Translations under genes and position numbers: made by a program
In this document: piece by piece, positions 47,461 to 60,272 of the stretch
Layout of the letters: each line of letters begins with the position of its first letter
Position numbering within the stretch: position 1 is the stretch's first letter
Source of the DNA: Tubulanus polymorphus
Lineage: Eukaryota; Animalia; Nemertea
Direction of reading: 5' to 3'
DNA length: 64,000 bases
NCBI RefSeq assembly: GCF_964204645.1
Contig: NC_134025.1
Span: forward strand, 21,554,199 to 21,618,198
The notes under the pieces: model-generated
The model's input: the letters and a program-made list of their open reading frames with translations, nothing else
The model's database searches: none
Told to the model about the DNA's origin: nothing

Positions 47461-49734
47461 TCATTTCGTCGAGCCGTCTTCGTCTTTTCTCATTTCGTAA
47501 TCGAAGTCCGCTTTGATCAATTCGAGAAATTCTGGCTTCTTTATTACGTCCAGCGCGGTCATGGCTAGTGCTTTAGCGGCTCTAAGAGCGAACCATTGAG
47601 CTTCTGGCAAACCTATCGAGAAAGCAGCAAGCAGTACGATAAAAGATGTTAGATGGCGAAAGAAGAAGAAGAATAAATTACCGACATCTATAAATGATTC
47701 ATACTAAATTTCATTCAGACATAACTCCTACGCCGTATAGAATTACACGTTTAGCGATTCAGATTTTATGTAATATAATTTGAATAACTAAACAATTCGT
47801 AAATTTCGAGCTTTCGTGTGCGGCGAGAAATTCGATCCTTGGTTCGAAGATTTTTACCGGCTTTTATCATGAAGTCGGTTGAATGAATCGCCGCGTCTGT
47901 GTCGACGGAAAAAGCCGGCTGGATGGTCGGAACAACGTGGCTAACGTTTCCGGTATCTGAAGATCCCATTACGTTCGTCTGATGATAATCGTCAGATCTG
48001 AACGAGGTCTTCAGCCATTTGCCGTTCGATTCGTACAATCTTGACAACGCCTCGTTTTTCAAAAGGTTATACTTCATTTCGTGATTGGCAAAATCGATGA
48101 CGACCTACGAGAATATTTAACGAGTTTAATTTTTTCTTTCAGATAGATTATTAGAATACGGTCGACTTTTCTGTATACATCTAACTAATCTATGGAATTA
48201 CTTTGCATCCAGTTTGGAGCGCAGAACCCTGAAGACACGCTATGACCCGTCTCTTTAATTCGGTTAATTCGTCCATAGTATCGGCCCTCAATTCGACCTG
48301 TAGTGTTGTTTCGTGAGGTATGATATTCAAACGTGTCCCTCCTTTTGTTATTATTGCTGCAATTAATCGATGCATCTAAAATATATGCAGGTTCGATGAT
48401 ACCAAATGGAAGCATCCTGGCAAACACTTGTATCTAGAGTATGCCACGATGAATGAATTCATTTCCATTATAAATTTTAAACTCGTATATGATCAACCCA
48501 CTCTTTCTATTCAGTTATCTACGTTTTACTTTACCGTGGATCGTGTTCGAAGGTTTTATATGTTGGCGTAGATGTGACAAACTCTGATACGCCATCACGA
48601 CGGCGTCTAACGCGTTTATTCCTTGCCAAGGGGCTCCAATAGCATGGCAGCACTTGCCCGTGTAGTTTACTTCGGCCCTGTAATACCAGAAACGACTTTG
48701 AATTCTAATCAAATTACCATAGATCAGAGACCATTGGAAAACAATAGACATTCATGGCGTTATATATACGTAATGCGTGCTGGAAGATGTGGGCACACGA
48801 CGTCGTGAGTGTAAGTATGAGCCATCAGAGCGATGTCGATATCTTTGAAAGCTCCCTTTCTGACCATATCAATTTTACCACCGTATCCTTCTTCAGCTGG
48901 GCAACCAAATACTACAATCTACCAGGGAGAACATAATGGAGGATTATCATCAAGAACCCCTCATAATATTCGGAATGAAATGATTGAGATTTGCCAATCA
49001 TAATCTTGGAATGGTCGATTGCAAGTTATTAAGGGTGCCAAAGTATGAATACCTATCATTACTTTGTGGGCTCCATAATGTTTATTACCAAGGAGTAGGC
49101 CGACTATTTCATAGTGTATTTTGTATATACATCAGTCAACCCCGATATACCGCTCTCCCATACCCCGCCCCCGCCTGCCGCCAGGTTTTCTCAATGTACA
49201 TCTCTATTCAAATACATAGTATATATCAGGGGTATTGAAGTTTTGTTTTTCAATCTTCAAGTTCTTAAGTAAAACGAATTCACCTCAGCCGCCAGTCCAG
49301 CCTCCTTGACGACTACTTGCGTCGCTTTCGCTGCAGCGATTGAGACTTCAGCGACCAGGTTGTGTCCACAGGCGTGACCGATATCTGGCAACGCGTCATA
49401 CTCGCATAAAAATCCGATACGCGGCCCACCTTTCAAGTTGCTATATGAAACAAAACTCCATTGATTAACCATGGATCGATATCCAAGCGTAAGAACTAAC
49501 GATTAGACAAATATACCGATTACTATACCTGAAGTCAGCCTTGAAGCCGGTTCTATGTACAAACCCAGGTGCAACAGAGAACCCCTCGTCGAAGAGGAAG
49601 TCAACGAGAATCTTATTCGCGTGGACCTCTTTAAAACCCAATTCGGGCCTTTCCCACAACGAATCGCTGATAGATTTTAAACGTGGTGCTAGACGCTCAA
49701 TCTGCTTACAGGCACTTTCCTTCAATCTGTCCAT
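47461..49734 (-). CDS. PM20D2: Peptidase M20 domain-containing protein 2-like (M20 amidohydrolase/dipeptidase), 7 exons, about 402 aa
   Basis: Exons 49529-49734, 49284-49440, 48770-48918, 48535-48677, 48202-48356, 47858-48104, 47461-47612 (1209 nt in frame). Motifs WERPELGFKE, CEYDALPDIGHACGHN, GCPAEEGYGGK, HAIGAPWQGINALDA, GSSDTGNVSHVVPTIQP, AKALAMTALDV. Confidence 0.95.
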
Positions 49735-50172
49735 GATTACTTTTCGTTATTCCGTGTCATCTAGCCGTTTATGAGGTCTTGTGCATTTTCTTATACTTGA
49801 TATCAATGCGGAACGCGACCTTATGGATATGTTTGTTGACTATCTTGAATTTTGATAACAGTTCTTTTTTAAATCATATATGTACGCCCGCGTTCGTGGA
49901 TTGTCGAGATAAAACTCGTGGGAACGACTAAAATTTTGTTAAATGAATCTGCATTTCAAAATGTACCGCCTAGTGATTCTCTGACGATTTACATCATTTA
50001 CATAGCTGTTTGAACCTCAAGTGTTTTACATACCCCCCCCCCCCCCATAGTTATATCATTGGATATCAACTTTGAAGCTTAAAAGTATGTGGATCCGGCA
50101 AAGGGGAACACCTAACTACTTGAAGCCCCGAACTAATAGTTTAAGTCTAGAGTCGGTCGACCTTGATACAAA

Positions 50173-50333
50173 AGACTTCGCTCAAATCTGATCTTTTTGA
50201 ACGATGTGTGATTACAAAATGTGTCCGACTTGAGTAATATCCGAGTTGGATGTTGTATTTCATATGGCGTCATAAAAAAGAGTTGAACGGTCATCAGAGT
50301 TGATCGGATCAGATTGAGGCGGAGTCTGCTGTA
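50173..50333. mobile_element. Inverted copy of the 31705-31860 MITE
   Basis: AGACTTCGCTCAAATCTGATC ... GATCAGATTGAGGCGGAGTCTGCTG|TA. Confidence 0.65.
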
Positions 50334-51103
50334 CTTACCGATAGTAATCTAAAACCGACTACTGTATTTTGTATCTATATCATTCATATTTTGCATCTGT
50401 TTGCTATTCATTGTTGTGTTCGCCTATTTCTCCTTATTTGTTTATGTAGCTGCCGTTATGAATACTGAAAACGAAATTAATGTATTCAATAATGCACGTG
50501 AAGTATATCCGTGTATATATTACGCTTCGTACATGCACGGTCAGGTCTAAAATTATACGTTCTACCACGTAATCACAGAAAAGACAAAGAATAACGTTTC
50601 CTTTGAATCAAAATATTTTATTTAGGAAAAATAGAATAAAAACTGTGTTATTTATAGGGAAAAAGTTAAGAGAATTTACAAGCTTTATTTATAAAATGCT
50701 GCCATTTCTACGTAAACGGCATCACTGGAACTGCCGCGAATGCGAACGGTATTTTACTGTAATCAGCTACTATGGTTGGTGCGCTGGGTTGTTCTGGAAA
50801 TAGCGTGCTCTTAAGAACTCTTATACTCGACTTGCGAAAGCGGTGAAAACTACGACGAAATTGATTTGCCGAAAACGAAATGTTCTGAAACAAGGAAAGA
50901 CATGCAGCAGGTTACCGTAATCGCTGGGAATAATATTTCATAATTTCAGCATGTTTCTCATACACATCAACAAGTGGTGTGGTGAAGTGCGAGGTTTAGT
51001 GAAAGCAATAGTTGATATGGTTGTTGACAGTGGTGATTTGAGGTAAAAAAAAAGATTTGCTCGAAATGTTCTGCACAGTACATTAAGCGTGGATAGAACC
51101 TGA

Positions 51104-51237
51104 GGGGCCGGTTCCATAGTCATGGCTTAGACTTAAGACCGGTCTAAGGTTAGCTTAGTTCTATAGTGGATCTAACAACTTAAGACCAATCTTAAGATTT
51201 ATAAAGACGACATTGGCTTGGCTATGGAACTGGCCCC
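51104..51237. mobile_element. PIF/Harbinger-type MITE with intact 3-bp TSD
   Basis: TGA|GGGGCCGGTTCCATAG ... CTATGGAACTGGCCCC|TGA. Confidence 0.85.
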
Positions 51238-52012
51238 TGAAGATGGGAGATAAGAAGATAGCGCCATTTCCGATTCGGACCAACATCCATGAGGTGGCTT
51301 TGGTATCAACCAATTCATTCATAGTTAATCTTCAATCATTTGTATATACATGGGTTAACACTAATACATGTATATTAGCGTTATTCAATTTAACAGCCAC
51401 AGCCCACGAAAACGCATTCAAAATGTTATGTTCTTGTTTCCCACGAACTTCTTCGGTTCCTGCGTAACTCGTCCCCAGTGCGTTTCTTCGGATAAATCGC
51501 GTTACGTACTTTGAGGACAACCTAAGAATGCGCTAAGCTTGCATATATAATGATAGTCAAGAATATACATGTATATATGCCCAAGAATCATGTTTGTACC
51601 TTCTGCGCGTTGCCTCTGCCGGTTGTTGTTATTAATCTCATTGGATGTTTAAAGCTCTTGATAGTTTTCGAAATCGCATGGACGCACTCTGCAAGCAGTG
51701 AAGTAATCACACGTCACATAAACATAAAAGATTCAAAAACCCATTTGATTGATAGAATGATTAATTAAATGCGTCTAATGTTTAGGTAAAAGCCTTTGAA
51801 GGCACCAATGAGAGAAAATTTCAATTTGGCGTGTACAGCATGACCTAAGATTCCGTACATTAATTACAAAATGATATTTTGACGTCAAGCTTTACAAGCG
51901 AAAAAGTGTTAAGATTTCCAAATTTTCTAAAATTTCCGAATAAACATTCCCAGAATCTTTGGTTCAGCTTCACAGAACTAGGATTAGTTACAACTGGCCA
52001 CATCGGTTCGAC

Positions 52013-53392
52013 CTAAGCCAACCTTAGCAGTGCAGGTGGTCCAGTCTCAACACCTGCCTTACGAACTGTAAAACAAATATTTGTTATTAGTAAAAATCTT
52101 ATTAGTAAGAATATTGAATATTAAGTATTACATCAAGTGATCGCTAATAAGATATCTAGGTTAGCAATATGTTAATTATAGGCTTCACACAGTTATCGCT
52201 TCAGTTTGACTCCAAAGATAAAACCAGTTCATTTAGATGTCACTTTTGAGTAAAATCCTCACCGAGAACTGGCACCGGCTCCAGGTATCGATTTGTGCGA
52301 GCGTCATGATTAGAATATTTAATCAGTGCGTTATGATTTTCTACGACTAAACTACTTTATTTCGCGGAACTTCAGCAACTTTCATTTTAATGGTTTTCTG
52401 CGATTGCAGAAATCGATTGAATTCGCTAAAAAAAATCGTCATAAAAAATGATTGCAGAAATTTGAAAAAAAAATAAATGAAAATATTTTTAATCTGATGA
52501 TTAGTACTTCGGCGAAATTAAATTCCATTAGCTGATATGGGTTACTATTGGATACCCAAGCGTCATCTCAAGCATCAATGAAACTATGCTCCGTTCACTA
52601 CGCATTACCTATTTCAATTTCATTTATTTCATCATTATCTTCTGATTTTGTCCATGCCAAATATTCCTTCTAGCAAACAAGGTGTGTGAATATTTGCCAA
52701 AGCACTCTAGTGTAGTGGTAATGCTTTAGACACACGAGGAAGGGGTTGAACCAGAGGCAACTTTTGAGGGACTTGTCACACCCTAAAAGGGCACTGGGTG
52801 TCGAAAAGGCAATATTAGGTGTACTCCCACACTGAAATGCACTAATAACCTTCGTTTACAAAATGAAAGAAAGCAGAGGAAAAAATTTGATGGACTTGTA
52901 CGAGCCTCAAAAGTCGCCATGGATACGCCCCTAAGACGCGCTTACCCTTTTAAGGTTGCTTTGTCTTAAACTCTTATCAGTCTGTTCATCCTTCGGAAGA
53001 TTGAGACTTGACGACGAACCTGTGAACGTGCCCCTTAAACTAGTTTTGAAGTCTATGAAGCCTGGAGTTGCGATCGTCTGCGACAACTTTCGTGGCGTGC
53101 CCAGTCCAAACGCGTCGGAAGGCCCTGCCTGAACGCGAAGGTCCAAATCGTGTTTGCCATATCCGTTATCGATTGTGTAAGCTTGCCCTCTAATACTTTC
53201 CCCTTCGCTGTCTGAATCGGCAAAACTATCAACGTCCCAAGGTCGTAGGTGTTCGTCTTTGTCCAAACGATTGTAGTTGTATTTATCGATGCTGCGCTTA
53301 ATTTCGCTCTTCGCCTCGTTGGCCTTCTTTTTGCCCTTCACGTTCAGTCCCTTCAGTCTATCGAGTACCCTCCGCCATCGACGAGACATCAT
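52013..53392 (-). CDS. Uncharacterised protein (unrecognised family), spliced; C-terminal exons uncertain
   Basis: Exon 52946-53464 is fully open (acceptor GCGTAG, donor AGG|GTAAGC) with ATGATG at 53392 and protein-like sequence (MMSRRWRR...YNRLD...RVQAGPSDAFGLGTPRKL...GFIDFKTSLRG). Downstream acceptor TTTTACAG at 52066; optional exons 52609-52669 and 52263-52340. Confidence 0.65.
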
Positions 53393-53731
53393 TTTGTCAG
53401 ACGTCAGTCGGTTCACGAAACGTTCCCAAATATTACCAGCATGTGAATCGGTCAAATGTAGATCCTACGCACGACCATATGCTGGCAAATTAATCAACTG
53501 TTGATAATTCCAAGATTATTTATTCAACCAAAATATCGCAATTAAATCATTTCAGTGTCATCCTACGCAAGAAAACATGTCGTCCCTTTTACGTAGTAAC
53601 GTACGTATGTATTATATATAGTACTGTCACTTGTGCTCATTATACGCTACACAGATATATACATTACACCTGTGGCCGCTGAACGATATAACCTACATAA
53701 AAACTCAACTAATAAATGGCGTGCTTAATTG

Positions 53732-54009
53732 TACGGAAACGCCGTAGGGACATGATTGGAATTATTGTTTTCAAAACGGTTTATCTGCGACTTTTTCTTG
53801 CGACTTGTATTTTTACTAGATTTTTCTGCGACATCTTTTCCGCGACTTTATTTTTTTTCAAATTCAAATTTCTGCGTCTTTATTTTCTACTGGATTTATC
53901 TGCGACTTAAACGTTATGCTTTTTTTGTTTTTAGCTGTTAATCAAATTTAATTTTCTAACTATGAACTTTCGCTACTTTAGCTTCACCAGGTAAAAAGGG
54001 TTCGCCATA
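53732..54009. mobile_element. Degenerate foldback-like element with TGCGACT subrepeats
   Basis: TACGGAAACGCC ... GGGTTCGCCATA ends; about 6 internal (C/T)TGCGAC(T)-type units. Confidence 0.45.
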
Positions 54010-54186
54010 AGCTGCGAAGTAACTGAAAACCCTAACAATGATAGCGTTTTCCTTGTTGAACGATTCAAATTTTTTTTTTGGGGGGGGAGGGGCAGGGGGG
54101 TGGGTTATTCACAAGCTTCAAGACTAATAAAATTATTGTCGTATATTCGATCCCCGGGTCTAAGTGTAGAATTCGGGGTATAAGTG

Positions 54187-54295
54187 GACGACTGGATGAC
54201 TGGATGACTGGTTTACTGGTTGACTGGACGACTGGATGAGTGGACGACTAGTTGACTGGTTGACTGGTTGACTGGACGACTGGTTGACTGGATGA
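54187..54295. repeat. Octamer minisatellite (GACTGGTT/GACTGGAT/GACTGGAC)n
   Basis: Direct reading of tandem 8-mers. Confidence 0.9.
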
Positions 54296-55503
54296 CCATC
54301 AGCACCATCAGCATCACCATGACATGTCCCCGGACAAGATAATAACCACCTAATCATTAAAAACACGTGTCGGATTTTGGCGACGATTTTCAAGGAAAAC
54401 ACTGTTTTGAAATAAGTTCTGTCAGAGATTCAGCTGAAAGAAGAAACGATTCGTCAAATCAAAATCAATGAAAACTTTTAGAAGTATCAACTATATGAAA
54501 AGAAATAATATGGCTGAACAAACATTGTTTACCTATACGTAGTATAGGACTAACATTCGGGAAAATAATGGAGCAATTCATCTTCCGTAAGCTGACAACT
54601 ATGTAAAACGAACATGTTCAATGTGGGTAGATAGGTCAATCACAGTGGTGTCGCTTAGTATACGTTGATACGTATATAGACGGCACCTGGTATGAATGCT
54701 GTCGAAAAACGACTGTTAGATGAACGATCAACGATGAAAACCATCGTATTCGGTATTCACATCGTAACGACATGGGATCGAATGGAACGAAAGAGACAAA
54801 ATACTCATCTTTTTCAATCTTCTATGAACTAATACCCGATTTCTGCAGTCTCGATACTGTTTTCAGGGGGGGGGGGGCAATGATGGGTAAAAGCGATTCG
54901 ATATGCACTTGTCCTATATAATTCTGGATTATACGTATTAGATACGTAAGTTAAGGGTGGTATCTTGTGCTCGGAATTCGTAAGCAGTCAAAACACTGTC
55001 AAACTGGATAATCGATATCTTTATAGCGGAGGAATACTTGGCGTATCTACTTGCAGTCGGCGATTGGTCGTTTTTGGGTCGCGTAATGGCAGCTCTAATG
55101 ATCGTTTCCGTCTGCTCAGTAAGCAAACGGCATCTTAACTGTCAGTATTTCGGTTGCAATGTTATTGATTTCGTCAGACAATGTTTATCCTAATAACGAC
55201 GCCCATTCTCTCCAATGATAACGCCGGTGCGGGAATGTTTTCAAAAATGCACGAAATCAGCGCGAACGATTGATCGAAATTTTTCTACTCTTACAATTTT
55301 GAATGTCACAATAATCCATATTGGTAGAAACTTAGGTTTTCCTCTGTTTCACGGCAAATCTTGACTAATCAATGCCTTGAATTTCAGTACAGCCTGTTGG
55401 CTAGCGTAAGCATATAATGTAGTTATAAGGTATCAATAATATTTATCATATATATTGTATGTATGATTGTACAAGTCATGTATTATGGTCGACGAAAATA
55501 AAC

Positions 55504-55539
55504 ATTATCATTATCATTATCAATATCATTATCATTATC

Positions 55540-55574
<35 letters not shown>

Positions 55575-55684
55575 AACTATTATTATAACTATTATTAATA
55601 TTATTACTATTATTACTATTATTACTATTATTACTATTATCATTTTTATTATTATTATTATTATTATTGTTGTTATTATTATCG
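55504..55684. repeat. Compound microsatellite (ATCATT)n-(ATT/ACT)n
   Basis: Direct reading. Confidence 0.95.
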
Positions 55685-56380
55685 TAACTATGAATATTTC
55701 CCAATGGTATTATTCAACATACAGGGAACAGAAGTAGTAATTTTATGCCGCTGCCCGTGAATGTAAAATTAACATAATGAAGTCTGCGAACTATACTCGT
55801 AAATCACATTCAATTCTGTCCCACATGAAAGGATTTCTTTTTTCAAAAAAAATAAACACGAGGTTTGAAAAAGTTATCAAACCTTCTTTCAATGGATCAG
55901 TTTGTTGAGACAATCGCTAAGGTATTACGGATGCATTAAATGAATCTACCTTTGATAAATTCCGTACATTACTGAAATTCCATTTTAAATTTGTCTCGGT
56001 TCTTACGAAAACATAAAAACTGTACGGTTCATTAATTAGAAAAACTCGGTTCGAAAAAGGCCACCTCTTTCTATTGTATTCACGATTCTAATTATCTGTT
56101 TCATTTTACTGTTTTAAGGCAATTCCATTTAATGTAGCGCCGTAATGATTCCCAGCGGTAACTAACGGTCTACTGTCAACTACCACGGGATCCATTTACC
56201 ATCCACGATCATTTCGGCTTGTGCGATATGTGCATACTTATACGTGGCTCGATCCGCCGCCATCGAAGCTATATATGTATCTAGCTAGCTTACAAAATTA
56301 CACGCAGGGTATGGAGTTGTAGGTATGCCATTCTTCGGATTCGGAGAAGTGACGTAAGAAAAGAATACGGAACGTTACGA

Positions 56381-56616
56381 GAGAAATCCCACTATAATTC
56401 AGCCAAAGGTGTAAGGTTCTTGAATAGAAGTGTAAATATATTTGAGCAACGTTTCATCGGCTAAAGGCTATTAGCCATCATTAGCCGTTACTGGTGATAG
56501 CTAATAGCCATCATCGGGCGTACTGGTGAAGGCTGATACTCTTTAGCTGAAACGTTGCTTAAACACTTTTATTCAAGAACTTAACATCTTCGGCTGAATA
56601 ACTGTGAGATTTTTCT
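56381..56616. repeat. Imperfect inverted repeat with hammerhead-like motifs (Penelope-like pLTR remnant)
   Basis: GAGAAATCCCAC...TTCAGCCAAAGGTGTAAGGTTCTTGAATAGAAGTG...GCAACGTTTCA mirrors TGAAACGTTGC...CACTTTTATTCAAGAACTTAACATCTTCGGCTGAAT...GTGAGATTTTTCT. Confidence 0.7.
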
Positions 56617-57313
56617 ATATATTCATCTTACACGGGGATGGGGAACTTCTCGGCTCGATGTGAAACGTTACTTCAAAAGCTTCGGTTTTCGTGATCCATC
56701 ACCCAATTGTGTGTCACGCAGGGCATGATTTTCTTTATCCTGTAATATTGACATCGGTAGATGGAGGCCGGTCGATCATGAAAAACTCTCCCTCGATCGA
56801 GAATTCTAACCCAACCATATAGAATGACGAGACTATAGCGAAAGACCGCAGGGCCACTATACGCCTACTCTATACCTCACTTATTTCCTCAGCTACTGTA
56901 TATGCTGGCTTCAGGTGTTGTCTTAACATATCGGATGGATTGATGACAACTTTGTATCATTCCGAACTCTCTGAAAACATATTCAGTAGAATTGATTCGT
57001 AGCCCGCTAGGGGTACGACAATGCCCAAATTATCAAACATTGTTGACGACAATATTTTCATTACGTTCATCCGTCGACTTCCTTCGCGCAAGCTTACTGA
57101 ACTTATATCTATTTCTTTTTGATTCCAGTTTAGATGCTAGAAAAAAAATTTGTCAAAGCGAATATGTCGCTATATACATCTTGCAACCATAGATAAAACC
57201 TATAGGTAGAAAGAATGATGTGAATATGATGTTTGATGCTTAACTGTTCGCACGTCGTGGTAACATGGTATCATGTTTACATTTCTTACTTTTTTTCAAA
57301 GAATGCTGGAAAT

Positions 57314-57753
57314 GGGCTCTCCATATAGAATGTCCAAAGTCGAGGAGGTTGTGAAGTTTGGACTTTTGTGGACAAGGCTGAAGGAGGGGGGGGGGTTACT
57401 TGGAAGTGGGCATCCTTCTTCCTGCTTAATTCCACTAAGTCAGAACAAATCATTTAGTGCATGATAACTAAATATGATAACTTCAAATTTGAATTAAATG
57501 AGAAACAGATCGCATATACATGTATATGATTTCAAGATAATAAATGGAATAACAAACGGCAATCCAGAGTGTTTAGTAAATGATTTAATTGAATGAAAAA
57601 AAACACATTATTTTGCATGACTGGATATCCGTTGTCTTTAATTGCTTTTTTCCCAATGGAAAAGGAGGGAGGGGGTTAGTCCAGCAGACATTTTATGGGC
57701 ATGGGGGAGGGGTAACAATTTTTTCAATTTTGTGTCACCATTATGGACAGCCC
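57314..57753. mobile_element. Harbinger-like MITE, degenerate
   Basis: GGGCTCTCCATA ... TTATGGACAGCCC|TTA with internal G-rich tracts. Confidence 0.45.
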
Positions 57754-58242
57754 TTAAATGTTCTTTTCATATTTGATTGTAATATCAGCACCCTGGCCTT
57801 CAAACTTCTGGGCACAACTACGACAATTTATCTATTGTCACGTAGTGCACCATTCCGCATCGAACAACGCGTAAAAATAACGATCGAGGTTTGATGCCGC
57901 GTGGTGGATTGACACCCATCAGTGGGTCTGGACATCAGCTGGACACCATAGTACATGGCGGAAGTGACACATTTTACCAAAGCATCATACGAAATGAATT
58001 GCTACGTAATGGTTATCACAAAAATAATGACAAACACGCGCGTCCATCGGCTTTAGAGAAATGGTTCATTTACCGCGTACGTACATATTGTATAGGGCGA
58101 AAGATGAGGACAAATCCAACCGTTTCCATAAATTACATCTGCAAATCAATATTTAGCTCATTTGCTATGCCAGACTAGCTGAGGTTTGGTTCTCCGCGAG
58201 ACGATTCACCAGCATGGCGCTTGTTGCTATAATGTTCTAGTC

Positions 58243-58306
58243 GAGAGAGACAGAGAGGGAGAGACAGACAGAGATAGAGAGAGAGACAGACAGAGAGAGA
58301 TAGAGA
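58243..58306. repeat. (GA)n/(GACA)n microsatellite
   Basis: Direct reading. Confidence 0.9.
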
Positions 58307-58484
58307 CACTGAGTCAAGATCAAACTGTCACCAGAACACTGTTTTCGACCATTTGGACTTGTTTCGAGAATTTTCAAATCGACATCATCGACGGCCTTCA
58401 TTTTAGCACCCTCACTGCCGAAGTAGAAATACTATGGAATTGAAAAATTGATACAATTTGCCGCAAACAGAGTTTAGTCGAACT

Positions 58485-58590
58485 AAGATGGCGGTCGTCA
58501 GTGCTTCACTCGTATGACGGAAACGGGGAGCCTAAAATGCTTCCCCGGGTCGACTCTCAAGACGAGAATAGCAAAAGGAATAGTCATTTG
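58485..58590 (+). other. Possible promoter and first exon of a plus-strand gene
   Basis: AAGATGGCGG (YY1-type motif), AAAATG at 58537 opening MLPRVDSQDENSKRNSHL, then a consensus donor TTG|GTAAGT at 58591. No downstream exons identified. Confidence 0.4.
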
Positions 58591-59380
58591 GTAAGTTAAT
58601 TTTACCTATCTGTAGTTTGTAAATGTTTTGATGATAAAAACGTAAAAAAAGCAATCGCTCTTAGTTTGAAAAGGAAAATCGTGTCGACGATTAGAATTTC
58701 ATATTCATCTATGGATGCAGACGCCCCGCGGCGGCTGACTCGATGCGCCATCTAGGACTTAAATCTTAATAGGACTTTATAACAGTTCATTCTTATCGTG
58801 CGGCGCATTATGTATTTAGATAAAATCGTTGATTTACGCAATCTTTTTGTATTAGTGTTCGAATATATTGAATTTAACTATTTCAATTCTATTCGACGAT
58901 ACGTCAAATAGAAAACCGTTCATTTCTCAATGGGCTTTCCTAGTAAGATGAATTATCACACATTTATATCCTCTTCAATAGTTTAAGACGTTACAAATAT
59001 TCTGTAGTGAATATATACGTCCAAAGTGAACGTGTTCTAGCAAAGGGCGTTTCCATGGCTTGTGACACAGGGCTGTGTTGGTGAAATTGTTCACGTAACA
59101 ATATACGTACACAATTTTATATCAACGCACATAACGCAATATGTATATAAACTGCTACTACATATATTTCATCAGCAGCAATATCGGCACATTATTGCAA
59201 CCTCCTCCAATAGGAACATATATGGATCGTATTTATGCGCGGCGCAGGCAGTTGTCAATACCTACGCAACAACGACATCTCTCTCCAACGGTTTAGTAAT
59301 CAGAACACGAATGCATATCGCGGCAACAAGCTTCAATTTTCTGCGCGATGGGGTTTCATCGCTTTCAGAAGATATATATC

Positions 59381-59488
<108 letters not shown>

Positions 59489-60177
59489 TCTGAAATATAA
59501 ACCCCTCCCTAAAAATCCTATACATGCATTTATACATTGTCTTATATTGTTGATTCATATTCTAGCAATCGCTCCCAAGTAATGCATGCTGTGCCAGCGT
59601 GCATTTGATTAAGATTGCCCGTATTGACCAGTTAACCAATTTTCCATTTAAAAACTGGCAAATTGACTTTCTCAACGACCAACCATGCTTTCTTTGAGCG
59701 AGTCTCACAGTGAGACACCTTATCAGTCAAAGGTCCAAACCGTGCGGAAACGGGTGCTTAAATTGTTTTAGCCTAAGCAGGGGCCAATTCTTCAGCCCTT
59801 CATATCGCAAGTTATTTCAGAGTTTTCCGGAGTTTTTTTAAAGAGATTTATGCACCGAGACTCATCGTCCTCAAGCACAGTGCTACGAACCAGGCCCGGT
59901 CAGGCGGAGTTCGTCAGTTCGAACGAACGCCGCTTTTTAGAAAGTGCCCTTCATAATTTCATTAGAATAATTCTTGACTCAAATACTCTGGTAACAATTC
60001 AAACCGAATGTCCTACCAGTATTAATATTTGTTATTGAAACACAATAAGATGCCAATGACCCAAGTTTGAGTGGAGTGAAATATTCATTAGATGAATAGT
60101 TTTTTAGAATATTTTCTGGGGGAGGCCACCAGACTGGGCGACGCAACTGCAGTGCTTGCTATTCGAAGATACAGGAG

Positions 60178-60219
60178 AATAATAATAATAATAATAATAA
60201 TGATAATAATAATAATAAC

Positions 60220-60250
<31 letters not shown>

Positions 60251-60272
60251 GTAATAATGATAATAATAATAA
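60178..60272. repeat. (AAT)n microsatellite
   Basis: Direct reading. Confidence 0.95.
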
